Source: Azolla caroliniana (Eukaryota; Plantae; Polypodiophyta). Taken from it: a DNA stretch of 64,000 nt. The translations under genes were made by a program, and so were the position numbers. Position 1 is the first letter of the stretch. Each line of letters begins with the position of its first letter. Shown piece after piece: positions 26,241-38,700 of this stretch. Under the pieces are notes generated by a model that did no database searches, was not told the origin of the DNA, and saw nothing but the letters and a program-made list of their open reading frames with translations. Where the stretch lies: contig JBHGNT010000003.1 in assembly GCA_043228905.1 (NCBI GenBank), forward strand, positions 20,274,001 to 20,338,000, in the 5' to 3' direction.

Positions 26241-27989
26241 TATTAAAGAAACATAATATTAAGGCAACAATTCCAAGAGGGATGATGAGGAGTAGTTTAC
26301 AAAAGGGAATGATAGTTTGACCTCCACATTCAGCAAGTATGAACGGGAGAGGGCAATAGCACGTTTTCTTTATGCAAACCTAGAATATAATAAGCTCATA
26401 TTTGAGAGAGGACTACAAAAGAAAGTGTCACATTCATACAATGTGGTCTTGCATCACATCCAAACCACAACAAAGGATCAACTCATTCAAGTGCAAAGAG
26501 GGGAAGAAGGTAACATCAAACCACTATAGGTAACTTCTAATCTCCAATCATGTATCCATCTCATTTGTAGAAGATGGGAATAATTCAAGCTACATTCAAA
26601 AGGTTGCACCGCCATAAATAAGAACTAAGTAGATAGAGGTAGATCACGATTCACAACCAATGTGTGGAGGTTCCCTCTAACATACACAATGATTTAGGAA
26701 GTGTTGAGATCAATTATGAAACACATCGGGATGTGGAACAAGCTACACAATTTACACTAGAGTATTTCTCATATATCTTGAGATTATTGTTTCATTATTT
26801 TTGAGGTTAATTGACCAATTTGTTGTTTCAACTTGCATGTAGAAGGTTGCATCTTTCTTGCTACTGTTGCGAATCTTCATTACTTTATGCATGTTGAGAG
26901 AGAGGCGATTACATGGACAATGAACCTTCTTTACATTTTATTGGAACACATATATGTTTCCTAGTACCTACAACCATATATAGATAAGTTTTGGATTGTA
27001 GACCCATTATGGATCCAATTGTATGTGCACAACATACTATTTTTCACATTCATTATCCATGCAATAATTTCAAGTGTTCCAATGTAAGAAGAAAAAATAA
27101 ACGATGTCATTGAAGAATACGAATGACCGGGGTGCTTAGAAAGGCTAATGGTCTTCAAAGAGGTCTCATATCTCTACATCAAACATATGGGACATTATTT
27201 TCTAGATCCATACAATAAAGTTTTTGTTGTGTTAAATCTCACGCTCTCATCTTCTAACCTTTGTTGCGTTTTTGCTCATTGCTACGTTTACTCCTCCCTT
27301 ATTGGCCAAATTCATACCTTTCTTATCACTCCTATGTCTACAATGTGTTTATTCTTAGACAAAACATTAAGAGGTTAGTTAGCGGTTTGCAAGTGTTACA
27401 TTGGATAAATGCAATGCACAAACAAACAAAGGTGGGCCCAATGTGTTAAATTATATATTGTGCTAGCTTCATATTAATAAATTGTCATAACCTTTAAATT
27501 CACCAAAAATGGCATTATCATTGCTAGAATATAGGTTACTTTATCAATTCAAGAGATACAATTTTGTGTGAGCTTATTGCATTGTAGAAGAACACCCTAG
27601 ATCAACCTCTCACACAAAGATTGAAGGCAATGATTGCATGCTAGGATCACAAGTGAGGGAGCAAATGACAACGAAGATAAGAATGTGGTGGTTGTATGCA
27701 TTAGACTTCATCCATTGCTAATTGTCTTTTCTCTCCCTCTATGCTTAGTTAAAAGTGAGTATCGTCATCATCAATAATGTGGCTTTGACAACTTATCAGT
27801 TCACACAATCCGTATTTCTCAAGGCATGCTTCAAAGCACAAGGTTCATCCTTGTCAGAAATAAATAATGTGCTTCGTTGTCCATATCAATAGTGTCATCT
27901 TTTACTACGAAGGCCCTTGAGATTGGAAGACGCGATGACCAACATCCAATGTGCTCTCCTTCTTCCCCCATGAAAGTATGCTTCAGGCC

Positions 27990-29280
27990 CTACACCATCA
28001 AAAAAACCGATTGAATCACTCTCCTCAGACACTCATAAAAAACTGCTTCACCCTCCAACACCATCTTTATGAAAATTTGCTTCATTTTCAACATCAACCA
28101 TCTGTCCATTTTCAGATTCCATCAAGCATCCTGACATATAGACAACAAACAATAAATATAATAAAGTATAATATTATATACACCCTCAAAAAATCGAATG
28201 AATCACTCTCCTCAAACACTCATAAAAAACTGCTTCACCCTCCAACACCATCTTTATAGAAAATCTACTTCATTTTCAATATCAACCATTTGTCCATTTT
28301 CAGATTCCATCGAGCATCCTGACATATAAACAACACACATATTAGTGTAAAAAAGTCCCTCGCCAACTCATGATACTATGCTTCAAACCCCACACCATCT
28401 ACACTCATCCTTATCGCTCAAAAAGAATTTGCTTCTTACGTCCACGACAACCATCTCGCCATTTCGCTAATCGGCACCAAAATTTGGCTTGCCATGTCTT
28501 TGATTTCCGCCAACAGCATCACTTATCATGTCCAACTACACTGCTTCATAGTCCATTAAGTAAGTAACAAAACCTGCCGAAAAATATCAAACAATACATA
28601 TTACTTTGAATAGAAATCTATAAATATCTCCCTATCACACCATAGGAACACTTCTTCCTCCCATAGCAACATCCTTTTCCAACAAAGAAAAGAATTATTA
28701 TGTTTATCAACAAGTTTTGACGATGGTGTCGGGTAAAGAACCATAATTTCATGAGGGGATCCGGAGAGTAGTGTCATGTTTTTTGTATGTATAGGGCTTT
28801 GGTGGTCTATGACGAGAGATGGTTGAGGTGGACTTTGGTGGTAATCGGCTAGATGTTGGATGGGGAAAATAAAACAGATTCTTTGTTTGATAAGGATGTC
28901 ATGAGGTTGGCGGGGGTTGAAGCATACTTCGCGATGGGAGAGTAGACGCATTTTCTTTTTTTTGTTTTATGAGTGTTGATGGTGTGGACTTGGAAGCTTT
29001 TTCTTGAGGGTCGACGACAATACATGTTTTGAAGCTTGGAGATTTTGAATGTTTTTAAGACACAACAACTCAGGCCAAATGTGTTGTTGTCATCAGAAGA
29101 CATTGCTTGACTTCATACATTGGAATTAGTTGATAAAGTGATCACATTACAAGATTTATGAAGCTGGTTGATTTTGTTGGCAGTTTTGTTGTCCAAGGTT
29201 GAGGGCTAATGTGGAAAAAAGAAGTTCTAAAAAACTGGATACTCTGAGATGTTGTTTATATGTTGACTATGGTCTTCAAT
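27990..29280. repeat. Degenerate repeat region: ~188-bp tandem pair plus diverged inverted arms (foldback/MULE-like remnant)
   Basis: 28010-28150 resembles 28198-28340; ~28375-28445 is an imperfect reverse complement of ~28865-28930. Confidence 0.45.
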
Positions 29281-29329
29281 ACTTTTGTCTGCAACATGAG
29301 TTTTTTAAAACCATGACAAGGGGCAAAGG

Positions 29330-29730
29330 AAGATGGTTCAGACGCTTCTAACTACAAATGTGGCCATTTGGAATGCAATCATGATAAAATGGACTTGTTT
29401 TTACATGTTGGAGATTGTTTTTTCCTTTACAGGTGGTCTCCTAGCTTGCCGTAACAAAGGCTTGTGGAAGTGTAGAAGCTATTGACAAGGGAAAAGCGGA
29501 TATGGCTCTTGTGGACAGTGATATAATGGTATTGGGCAATGCTTCGATGGACATGTATGACAAATGTGGTGGGTTTGGAACAACCAAGGAAGTGTTGGAA
29601 AAGTTTGGTTTTCAAGATGTGAATAGCTTGGAATGCACTCATTATAACATATGTCCAGCATGGACAAGGCCACAAAGTACTCGATTCATTTGAACAAATG
29701 CAAAGCATGGGCATTTCTCTGATTTGGATA
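29330..29730 (+). pseudogene. PLS-class PPR gene fragment
   Basis: DIMVLGNASMDMYDKCG...EVLEKF..QDVNS resembles the PPR consensus GNALVDMYAKCG...DVVSW, followed by a FEQMQ..GI-like motif; frameshifted. Confidence 0.7.
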
Positions 29731-30508
29731 ATGGTATGGCATCATTGTAATTTCTTTGCCTATAAAGATTGGCGAGGGGTTTTTTTCTTACTTATCTTAC
29801 CTAGAAAGACCGCCTAGAGTCATTCGGCATGGCTTTACAATATTCGAAGTAATATTAGCCTATTTTGTACATGGCCTCTGGCCACTTTCATTTTAATACC
29901 AATGGAGGATATTTTTTTAGGAAAAAGAAAAAAGAAGAAGCACAAGGTTCATCTTTGGATTTGTATTTGTAACATCCCCTCAAACCTGACTTGGTTTGAG
30001 AGACAAAGAAACGAGGTTTTGCTTCTAGGAAAGTTCGTTCCGTAGAGGTTGGTGCATGAATACTATACATTATTGTATGCCTCTTGTCATACAATAAAAG
30101 ACTAGTGAAGAACTAAAAGACTCTCGTCAGTGCTTAGGGTCCATGGGCCGAGCTATGATGATATGCTATTATTCACATCAACAATGATGTTTTTTACATA
30201 CATGGAGGGGGGGGTAAGTTTTTATAGAGAACAAAAGAGTGTTTTGAGTTGTGGTGACATGTGAACCTTGTGCTAAAGCCTTTTCAATCTCCTTCCTCCT
30301 TTAAACTTTTTTTTTTTCTCTTCTTTATTAAACGTATGGAAAAGAAGATAGAGAGACAAGAGGCTTCTGGTTCTGAACTCACAGTCTCTCTCATAATTTG
30401 CCCATCTCCTCTCCATCCATCTATCTATTCAATCCTTCTCTGCTGCAAATTCCACAGAGAATCAGAAACCCCCAGGTAGAGGAGCTAGCTACTACAGTCC
30501 ACAGTACA

Positions 30509-32485
30509 ATGAGGAAGCACACCATAGCTAAGCCTAACTCCTCCTCGTCCAACCTCCTCCTCATGGCCTCCACCTGCTCTGTCTCTTTCCTCCTCTTGTT
30601 AGTTATGTTCGCCATTACCTTCTCATCTTTCCTCTCCATTGCCATCCTCCAACAACCCCACCTCGCTTTTATCCATCCTTCTTCTTCTTCTTCTTCTTCT
30701 TCTTCTTCTTCTTCATTTGAATATGAATCTGAATCGACACCCTCTCCTTTTCATGTCCTCCCCTCCTTCTTCCCTACCCTAACATTGGACTACCTCCATA
30801 GCATTCTCCGCACTAACATCGGCATCCCCCGGACCGATGCTCCTCCCATGGGTAATGCCAATGCCGCGGCCGCGGCCGCGGACCCTCGCTGCCTCAGTAG
30901 GTCTGAGCATGCCCAGTTCTTCCCTCCCCATCGCAGGGAAGCCACCATCACACGCGAATTCACTGCCGCTTTGCACAGGTACCAGAACTTGCACAAGGCA
31001 TGCACTGTGGGCAAGAACCTCAGCTCCCTCTTCCTCTCTTCTTCTCCTTCCTCCTCCAACGAATCATCGGAGATGGGGAAGACTCCCGATCCTGGCGATG
31101 GTGGATCATGCCAATACCTGGTCTATCTAGAGAGCCGTATTCACCTGCCTGGTCTCGGCAACAGACTACTGTCCCTCGTGTCCGCATTCACCTACGCGCT
31201 TCTCACAGACCGAGTGCTCCTCATCGACACTAGGAAGAATCTGAACGATCACCTGTGCGAGCCTTTCGGGGAGTCTAGCTGGGCCCTACCGGAGACCTTC
31301 CCGTATGCAGAGATGGATGGGAGCCCCAGCTTAGCAGAGACGGACATCGATCTGTGGGATGATGCTGCGGCCGCCGGAGGCAATGCGTCGTGGCCACGGG
31401 CTCTGAACCTGAACCTGAATCACGTGAGGAGGCGGAAGGACGAGAGCTTCTTCTGCGAGGAGACGCAGAGAGCGATGGCGAGGGGGGCGAGGTGGGTGGG
31501 GTGGACCAGCAACCAGTACCACGTGACGGAGCTATTCTTCATGCCCATGTTCTTCCCGAAGCTCAATTCCATGTTCCCCATGGCGTCTGATGGAGGCGAC
31601 AGGTCTTCGTCTTCGTCTTCTTCTTCGTCGCCTCCTGCAGATGGAGATGCAGATGCAGAGACGTCCGTCTTCACTGCGCTGGGCCGGACATTGCTTCTCC
31701 CGTCCAACCCCATATGGGCCATCGTGAAGCGCCATTACGTTGCTTACCTGGCCGATGCCCGTGCCCGCGTGGGCGTCCAGGTGAGGCTCCACGGCAACAA
31801 GAACCCCGCGATCTACGAGCCCTCGGCCTACGCACAGCTCGAGAAGTGCCTCGTCACCCACAATCTACTCCCCGACCTCCTCCCTACCTCACCCCAAGGA
31901 ACCCCTACCAGTAGTCACAACGACAACGACACCACCGATGCCTATGCCTATGCCCCTGCGCCCGTCCACGTGGCCGTCCTCGTCGCCTCCCTTCAGGGCG
32001 CCTACTCCCGGGAGCTCGGATGGAGGTACGCCCAACACACCCCCTCGGACGGACGCTTCGTCCGCGTCCACACCGCGTCCGAGATGGTCCGCCAGTCCAA
32101 CACCGACTCCGAGATCCGCATGGCCCTCGCCGAGATGTGGCTCCTCGGCTTCAGCGACGCGCTCGTGACGAGCTCCCACTCCACGTTCGGCTACGTGGCG
32201 CACGGCCTCGGAGCCGTGCGCCCGTACATTCTCGACTTCAAGAAGAATGCCTCCGCATCGGACTTGCATGCATGCCCCCCCGGCCAGTCCGTCGAGCCGT
32301 GTACACACTATCCCATGCGCCTTTGGTGCGTGAAGCCTAGCACCCTCACCACCGAACACACCACGTGGCTCGTTGCTCATGTTCGAACTTGCCAGGATCA
32401 ACTCAATGGCTTGCAACTTGTCCACAAACATGACCCTTCGATGTCTCCGATGCTCTCGCTCTCGCCTTTATTTGGTCATCCGTGA
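30509..32485 (+). CDS. GT37 xyloglucan/galactoside alpha-1,2-fucosyltransferase family protein, paralog of 9794-11662
   Basis: TM anchor and motifs PGLGNRLLSLVSAFTYALLTDRVLL, HLCEPF, VGVQVR, AEMWLLGFSD..TSSHSTFGY and SVEPC. The first in-frame ATG is at 30509; the track start at 30398 is TTG. Confidence 0.93.
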   Translation: MRKHTIAKPNSSSSNLLLMASTCSVSFLLLLVMFAITFSSFLSIAILQQPHLAFIHPSSSSSSSSSSSSFEYESESTPSPFHVLPSFFPTLTLDYLHSILRTNIGIPRTDAPPMGNANAAAAAADPRCLSRSEHAQFFPPHRREATITREFTAALHRYQNLHKACTVGKNLSSLFLSSSPSSSNESSEMGKTPDPGDGGSCQYLVYLESRIHLPGLGNRLLSLVSAFTYALLTDRVLLIDTRKNLNDHLCEPFGESSWALPETFPYAEMDGSPSLAETDIDLWDDAAAAGGNASWPRALNLNLNHVRRRKDESFFCEETQRAMARGARWVGWTSNQYHVTELFFMPMFFPKLNSMFPMASDGGDRSSSSSSSSSPPADGDADAETSVFTALGRTLLLPSNPIWAIVKRHYVAYLADARARVGVQVRLHGNKNPAIYEPSAYAQLEKCLVTHNLLPDLLPTSPQGTPTSSHNDNDTTDAYAYAPAPVHVAVLVASLQGAYSRELGWRYAQHTPSDGRFVRVHTASEMVRQSNTDSEIRMALAEMWLLGFSDALVTSSHSTFGYVAHGLGAVRPYILDFKKNASASDLHACPPGQSVEPCTHYPMRLWCVKPSTLTTEHTTWLVAHVRTCQDQLNGLQLVHKHDPSMSPMLSLSPLFGHP

Positions 32486-35400
32486 ATGTTGTCCATGTCA
32501 AAGTTGTGCAATTTGCTTTTTTAAAGGGACCTACCATTTTTTGTTAGATATTTCTATAGCATTTTTTACATACCCCTTTAGATATACAATACACAAGCTT
32601 GTGATCTACGACTTTTGAGTCGCGCATTTCTTGATGGTTGTGACACGAGCATTTTGGCCGACTCTCACACAATACACTCTCCTAACCAATTATTTATAAG
32701 GTACACAATTAGGGTGTAACACATCAAAAAATTGCGTATATTTCATCAAGTCACGATGGATATGAACCCGAAATAGTTTGGAAATGCATATATAGGTCCA
32801 ACACATTCATTTGAAGTTATGTTCAAAATATAAGCGAAACTAATAGAATTTAATCTTATAACGATTAAAGTGATCATATCACTTCTTGCCCATGAAGGCA
32901 ATTTACATGGTATTTATAGTTACAACTTAACAAGAATGGGGAAATAAGCAAGAGCGTTTATTTTCTATCTCACTTACTTGGACATCTATTTCTCGAACCT
33001 TCCTAAACAAGGTCACTTTCTAACCTAACTTGTGATGCTCAAATAAAGTAGCATATATATCAATTGTTTTACATATGTATTTGAGAGCATTATTGAAGCT
33101 TTGTGCAAAAGAAACAAAGTACTCGCAAAGGGCGAAAAATGGAAGAAAATACACATATCATTTTGTTGTTCTCCTAACATTTGAAATTTGAGTCAAACAA
33201 ATGCAACATGTTACAAAACACAAAGTGATGCCTTTAACACAATTAGAATCTATGTTCAACCATGCCAAACGAAGCCTATGATTCTACAAAGATCACAAAT
33301 AAATATCCCAAAAGTTTATTTTGAGATATCAAACGCATTACTTTAATATAGGCTTTCATGGGAAAGCCTTGACTTGGGCTTCAAATCAAAGCCATGAATG
33401 AGTGACCCCTTGATCTAGAAAAGACTTAAGAAGTTACAACCCCATTTTGAGAAGTACTAATTACGAGAATATGACGAGCCTATTGATTTACATACAATTC
33501 ATTATGTTCACGGCCTATTTATGCAAGTCATTTCATCCTTTAGACTTTGATAAATGTATGTACTTCAATGCATGGTTCTATCTTATTGAAGAACGTTGCT
33601 ACTTGGCACGACCATGAATTTATAGTTAAGAAATCACTTTAAGAGGTTAGTTTTGCGACTGGAATGACTAAGAAGTTACAATTCCACTACATAAACATGC
33701 CATTGATAAATGCAATTCAATGCACGAGCATTGACATGTTGTGCCCGTGACAAACCTTTAAATACGTTAAAAGGTAGTGTGGTTACTTGAAATCACCATT
33801 CCATATGAATTAATCCCATGAACTCTTCTTCGTGTTCATACTACATAGATATTCTTTTGTACAAACAACACATTTGAGATTATTGCATGATAGAAAAAGA
33901 CAATTGGACATCAATATCTCACATGAAGATCGAAGCTAATGGCTACATGCGATGGAACAAATGACACGGAAGATAAGAATGTGGTGATTGTTCATTAGGC
34001 CCCAATCATCACTAGTTGTCTTTAGTGTGAGCTTCTCTCCCTCTATGTTTAAGGTGAGTATCCTAGTCATCAATAATGTGGTTTTCACAACTTATGGGTT
34101 CACATTGTTCCAAAGCAAAAGGTTCCTCTTGGGTTCTATATTCTAGAACACACCCCCTCAAAATTTACTAGAACATAAATGCTCTCCTCTTTCCGACTCT
34201 GCTATGAAGGCTTTAGACCAAGGCATCCAAAAAACAATAAACCTTGTAGGATCAAAGTTCTGAATGTAGCTTGCTTAGCTTTGATGTTAGGAACCCCCCA
34301 CATTGTTGCACTCATTAAGTTAAAACATCGATTCTGTCTTATTATTGGGCTTGGGGAGTGCATGGAACACGTTCTTTCAACGTCCTTAATGATGGAGGAT
34401 GAAATCCCCATCGAGTTATATTTCTCAATGGAGGATATTCAATGAATTCTCCATTTCCCTTGGAACGGAGTTGCTTTCAACCCCGATCTTATTCCTAATG
34501 TAGCCTCATTAGTATTAAGTAAATAAAATGGCAATGAAAGGTGATATCTTAAAGAGATTTTGGAGCATTTACATGAGACATGTTGTATTATTGCTCAAAT
34601 TAGCAAGACAATTATGACTGAAATGCCCCATGATTTAATCATCAGAGCGCAATACCCCAAAGAACTTGATTGGGCAAACATGATCTATTCTCGAGTGTGC
34701 AAGTGGAAGGAATGACCACGCTCCTATTTGAACTTAACTTGGTTTTTGGCACGATATTTGTGGGCCAAGTTCCATGTAATACATCCCCTCAACCTTATGA
34801 ATGTTATGAATAGTGTTTATTCAATGTTAATCAAGAATTACATTCAATAGACACTTTCCAAATTACTTGCTTCCTTGAGTGCAAATTCTTCCACTTAGTC
34901 CTTCCCTAACAACTTGAACAACCCACCAATAAAATGCCCTTTTCTAGGCATCCATATTGGCTTTAAAGACATGTTATAAGATTGTGAGCCCCATTTTCAA
35001 GCTCAATGTGTGTTAACACGTGAAGTCACATGAGAGCTCCAAGAACGAGAGTTCATACTCGATGAGCCCATATGCCTTACAAATTTTAAATGCGAAACAT
35101 TCAAAACATGCACCCATCCATTAATCTTGCACAACTAAATCCACCCTACAAGTAGACCTAGCTCTCGTCCAAGCAACAAAATGATCCTTGACATGACAAC
35201 CCAAAGACATAAACCATTGCGTATCGATGGAAATAATGTCATATTCTTTAGTTCAAACAACCCGATATGATTTAATATTTCCAATCTAAAATGTTGCTCA
35301 TAAGCGCAAATGTAAATAAGAAACATGATCATGTTTGTAATTTGTGGATAACCACACTTTATTAGGTACTAATGGCTAATAGCCAAATGGACATGAATCC

Positions 35401-35781
35401 AACTTGCATAAAAGTTGCCCCAACATATGTGCTACCTTTTTTTTGGTTCTCATTCTCTCCCTATTACAAGGCACTATAGCCATTTTCCTATGTGTAGCTT
35501 TTTGTACTAATAAATCAAGATATACATGTTTTTGATTTAGAAATGATCTATTTACTTAAGGCTAACATATTTCTTCCTTTCATCTTTGGACTTGGTAGTG
35601 GCCCTTGAAAATGCGCAACCATAGTACGTATATATACCCGAATGCATTGGAAAACATTCGTTTCCATACGAATGCGTATGTTATCAAAACGTTATTACGT
35701 TTCTTTTTTTAACACAGAGACGATCAAAATGGCATAAGCCCCGACGAGACAGTGAAAAACAGAGAGAGAGCGAGGCCTCCT

Positions 35782-38700
35782 ATGGCATGGCCTGTGGAGA
35801 ATGCAGTCGCAGGAGCCATCGCTGGCCTTACAACTGTCGCGATCCTTCATCCTTTAGATGTTGTCAGAACTCGTTTTCAAGGTATTCCTCTTCTTCTTTC
35901 TTTCTGTCTCTGTCTCTGGCTCTTTCTCTCATCTAATCTTAGTCGTTTCGTTGTTTCTTCATTCCTTTGGTTCTCTCTCTCTCTCTCTCTCTTGTTTCGT
36001 TATTTTTCTTTTCACTCCAATTTTTTCTTTATTTATCTCTCTTAGTCCTTTTGTTTCTTTCTCTCAGTTTCTCTTTTCTTTCCTCTGCTGGTTTCAGTTT
36101 TTTTCTTTGCTAATTTTTCTCCCAGTTTTTTCTTTGGCTCTTTGTTTCTTGATCTGTGATTGTGCACCTTTTTCCTCTTAGCTGCAGACATTTTTTTTTT
36201 GGTATGCTAAGAAACGAATGGACAATTTTGAGATATCATCATCTCCACAGACGCTGATAAATTTGTAAGAGAATAAGTAGGTGCATCTTCGTTATTTTCA
36301 AGCAAAAATGACATCATTCACATCGAGTGCTAGAGTGGCACTACCTCTTACATAGGTGGACCATGTAATATTTCATGCTGAGATTCAGTTTTAATGAAAA
36401 ATTTGACCTGATCTATACAAAGATCAAATCTTGTAAGCAACAGTGGAGATATATGCTGAAGAATTATCCAAAAAATCTCTCTGTTATTTTTAGACTTTCT
36501 CATGTAGACGAACTATTGTAGCCATCAAGTGTTCAGACACCCCTATTTGTTCAATCCTTTTCCAAATATTTATGAGAAACCATGCCAAAGCCCTCTTTAA
36601 ATTTACAAAGCTACAATAAAGTGCATGGACTCGAAGCTGACTTTGTTTCGTGAGTACTGTGAGTGTGGCAAAACGATCTATGGTATTATGTTTTGGCCCA
36701 GAGCTCAAAAATATCTTATTTTTGTGTAATTTGCACTTTTCAATTGTCAACCTGAAGATAGAAAAGCCTGCTATTTCTGCAAAAGGTTTGTTGCACTCCC
36801 AAGCTCAATTGGGAGACAATGGTGCATTCCACGTATGCCCTCTCATAATGAATTGAGCTCAAGTTTTTTGATTTGATCCTCTTCCCTTCATAACAGATGC
36901 AAATATACTGACAACCATGAACAGGCTGATTGAACCAATCCTATTATCTATGCCATACGACTCGAATATGTTCGATCCTCATACAAACAGAAAATATAAG
37001 AATAAGAATTTGAATGCTATGATCATTGAAAGGCTTAAATGCCTCCACAATAATTGGCATGCCTCTTTAGAAAGAGTCTTTGGGAACTATAACAATGACA
37101 GCAGCAAAATCATTTTTGAGTTTGATGATTTTCATTCTCCGTGGTTTGGTAAAAAGAAAAAGTTGGAACTTCGATATTTTCTGAGTTCATGGATCTTTGA
37201 TATATGTAGTGCATGATGGACGTGAATCTGTGGTGCCCAAATACCGGAGTACTGCAAATGCTCTGCTTTCTATTACAAGAACAGAGGTATCAGACTGCAT
37301 AACTCATGGAAATAATATTGGTTTGTTTTGATCTACTTGTAATAAGTACAGCTCTTATAAAACCGTTTCAGGGTATAAGAGGACTCTATGCTGGTCTTTT
37401 TCCGGCTGTACTTGGTTCAAGCTTATCCTGGGGAATGTATTTCTTCATGTGAGTATTATTGTTCAGATGGGTTTAAAATCATCAAGAATTTCTAAACTAA
37501 AATACTGAAAAGTAGATTTATGAATTGATGGTACACTGAATGACAATTTTTTGGCCAGCTACAATGATGTAAAATTGCGAAATCAACAATGGAGTGGAAA
37601 AGAACTTGGGGCAGGATTACATTTGATATCGGCAGCAGAAGCTGGTGGCATTGTATGGGACCACCTCATATTTTATGCAATATTTTCATAAGTTTGTGGT
37701 GAGAACAGCCGTTAAAGGAATATGAAGTTAGTTTCTTTGAACTGGCCGTTTTGCTCATACTCCTTTTCGTGTTTATGCTTCTTTGTGGATTGTATTATTT
37801 TCTGATTGCATGTTTATTCTGAAATTAAAGTGTTTCAATTCAAACCATTTCTGGGTTCCTGACTTATGCCCAGGGTATTTTTCTTAAAAATGCAACCTGC
37901 ACACAATACTTATAGTAAGGCTGTACTATGTTTCATACAAATTGCACGTGGTACTTATCGAGGATATATCCTCAGGAATATTTGACAAAGCAAATATAGT
38001 AATTTCTCATGGGATGCTCTATGGTATGGTTGCAAGTGATAACTTTGTAATTGAGGTAAATAAGAAAATTTAAAGGGATAGCATGGCTTTGCATGTAAAG
38101 CATCTATTTTGGCTTTGCATGTAAAACATCTACTTGATACAGAGTCGGCATTGCTTTGACCTTGAATGCAGCTTTTGGGACACCCCCCAAAAAGATATGA
38201 ACACCGTAGGTAAAGGTAATGCCTCAAAAACATAACTAGGTCCATGAAGCCAGTCTTCTGTACTTCCAAAAAGAAAAATATTTATATAAATTAACACGAA
38301 AATCCGAAAATTCTGACTAGAGAACTAAAGTGCTCCTGGATTCAACCAATCAATGAATGATCACACTCATTGGCTCCACATGTTTGATATTTCTTAAATT
38401 TATTGTTCAAGATGCTCAAATGCAATCAACTATTCATTGTGGTTGATAGGTGTTTGATTTTCTTTTGAAGATTCTACAAACATTATCAGTCTTGGGGAAC
38501 CTTCAGATATTCTCACAAAAGCACAAAAACATGGAAACCCTAATTTTGACCACTATGAGCATTGAGTAAGTCCCATAATATCCATGAATCCTCTGAGCAT
38601 CACATTCAAAATAATATAAAGGAAACATGAAGATGTTTTTCCTATCTCCAGACTCTAGAGTTCTAGGTCAAGGATGTGTTCTATTAAAGGATCTTTAATT

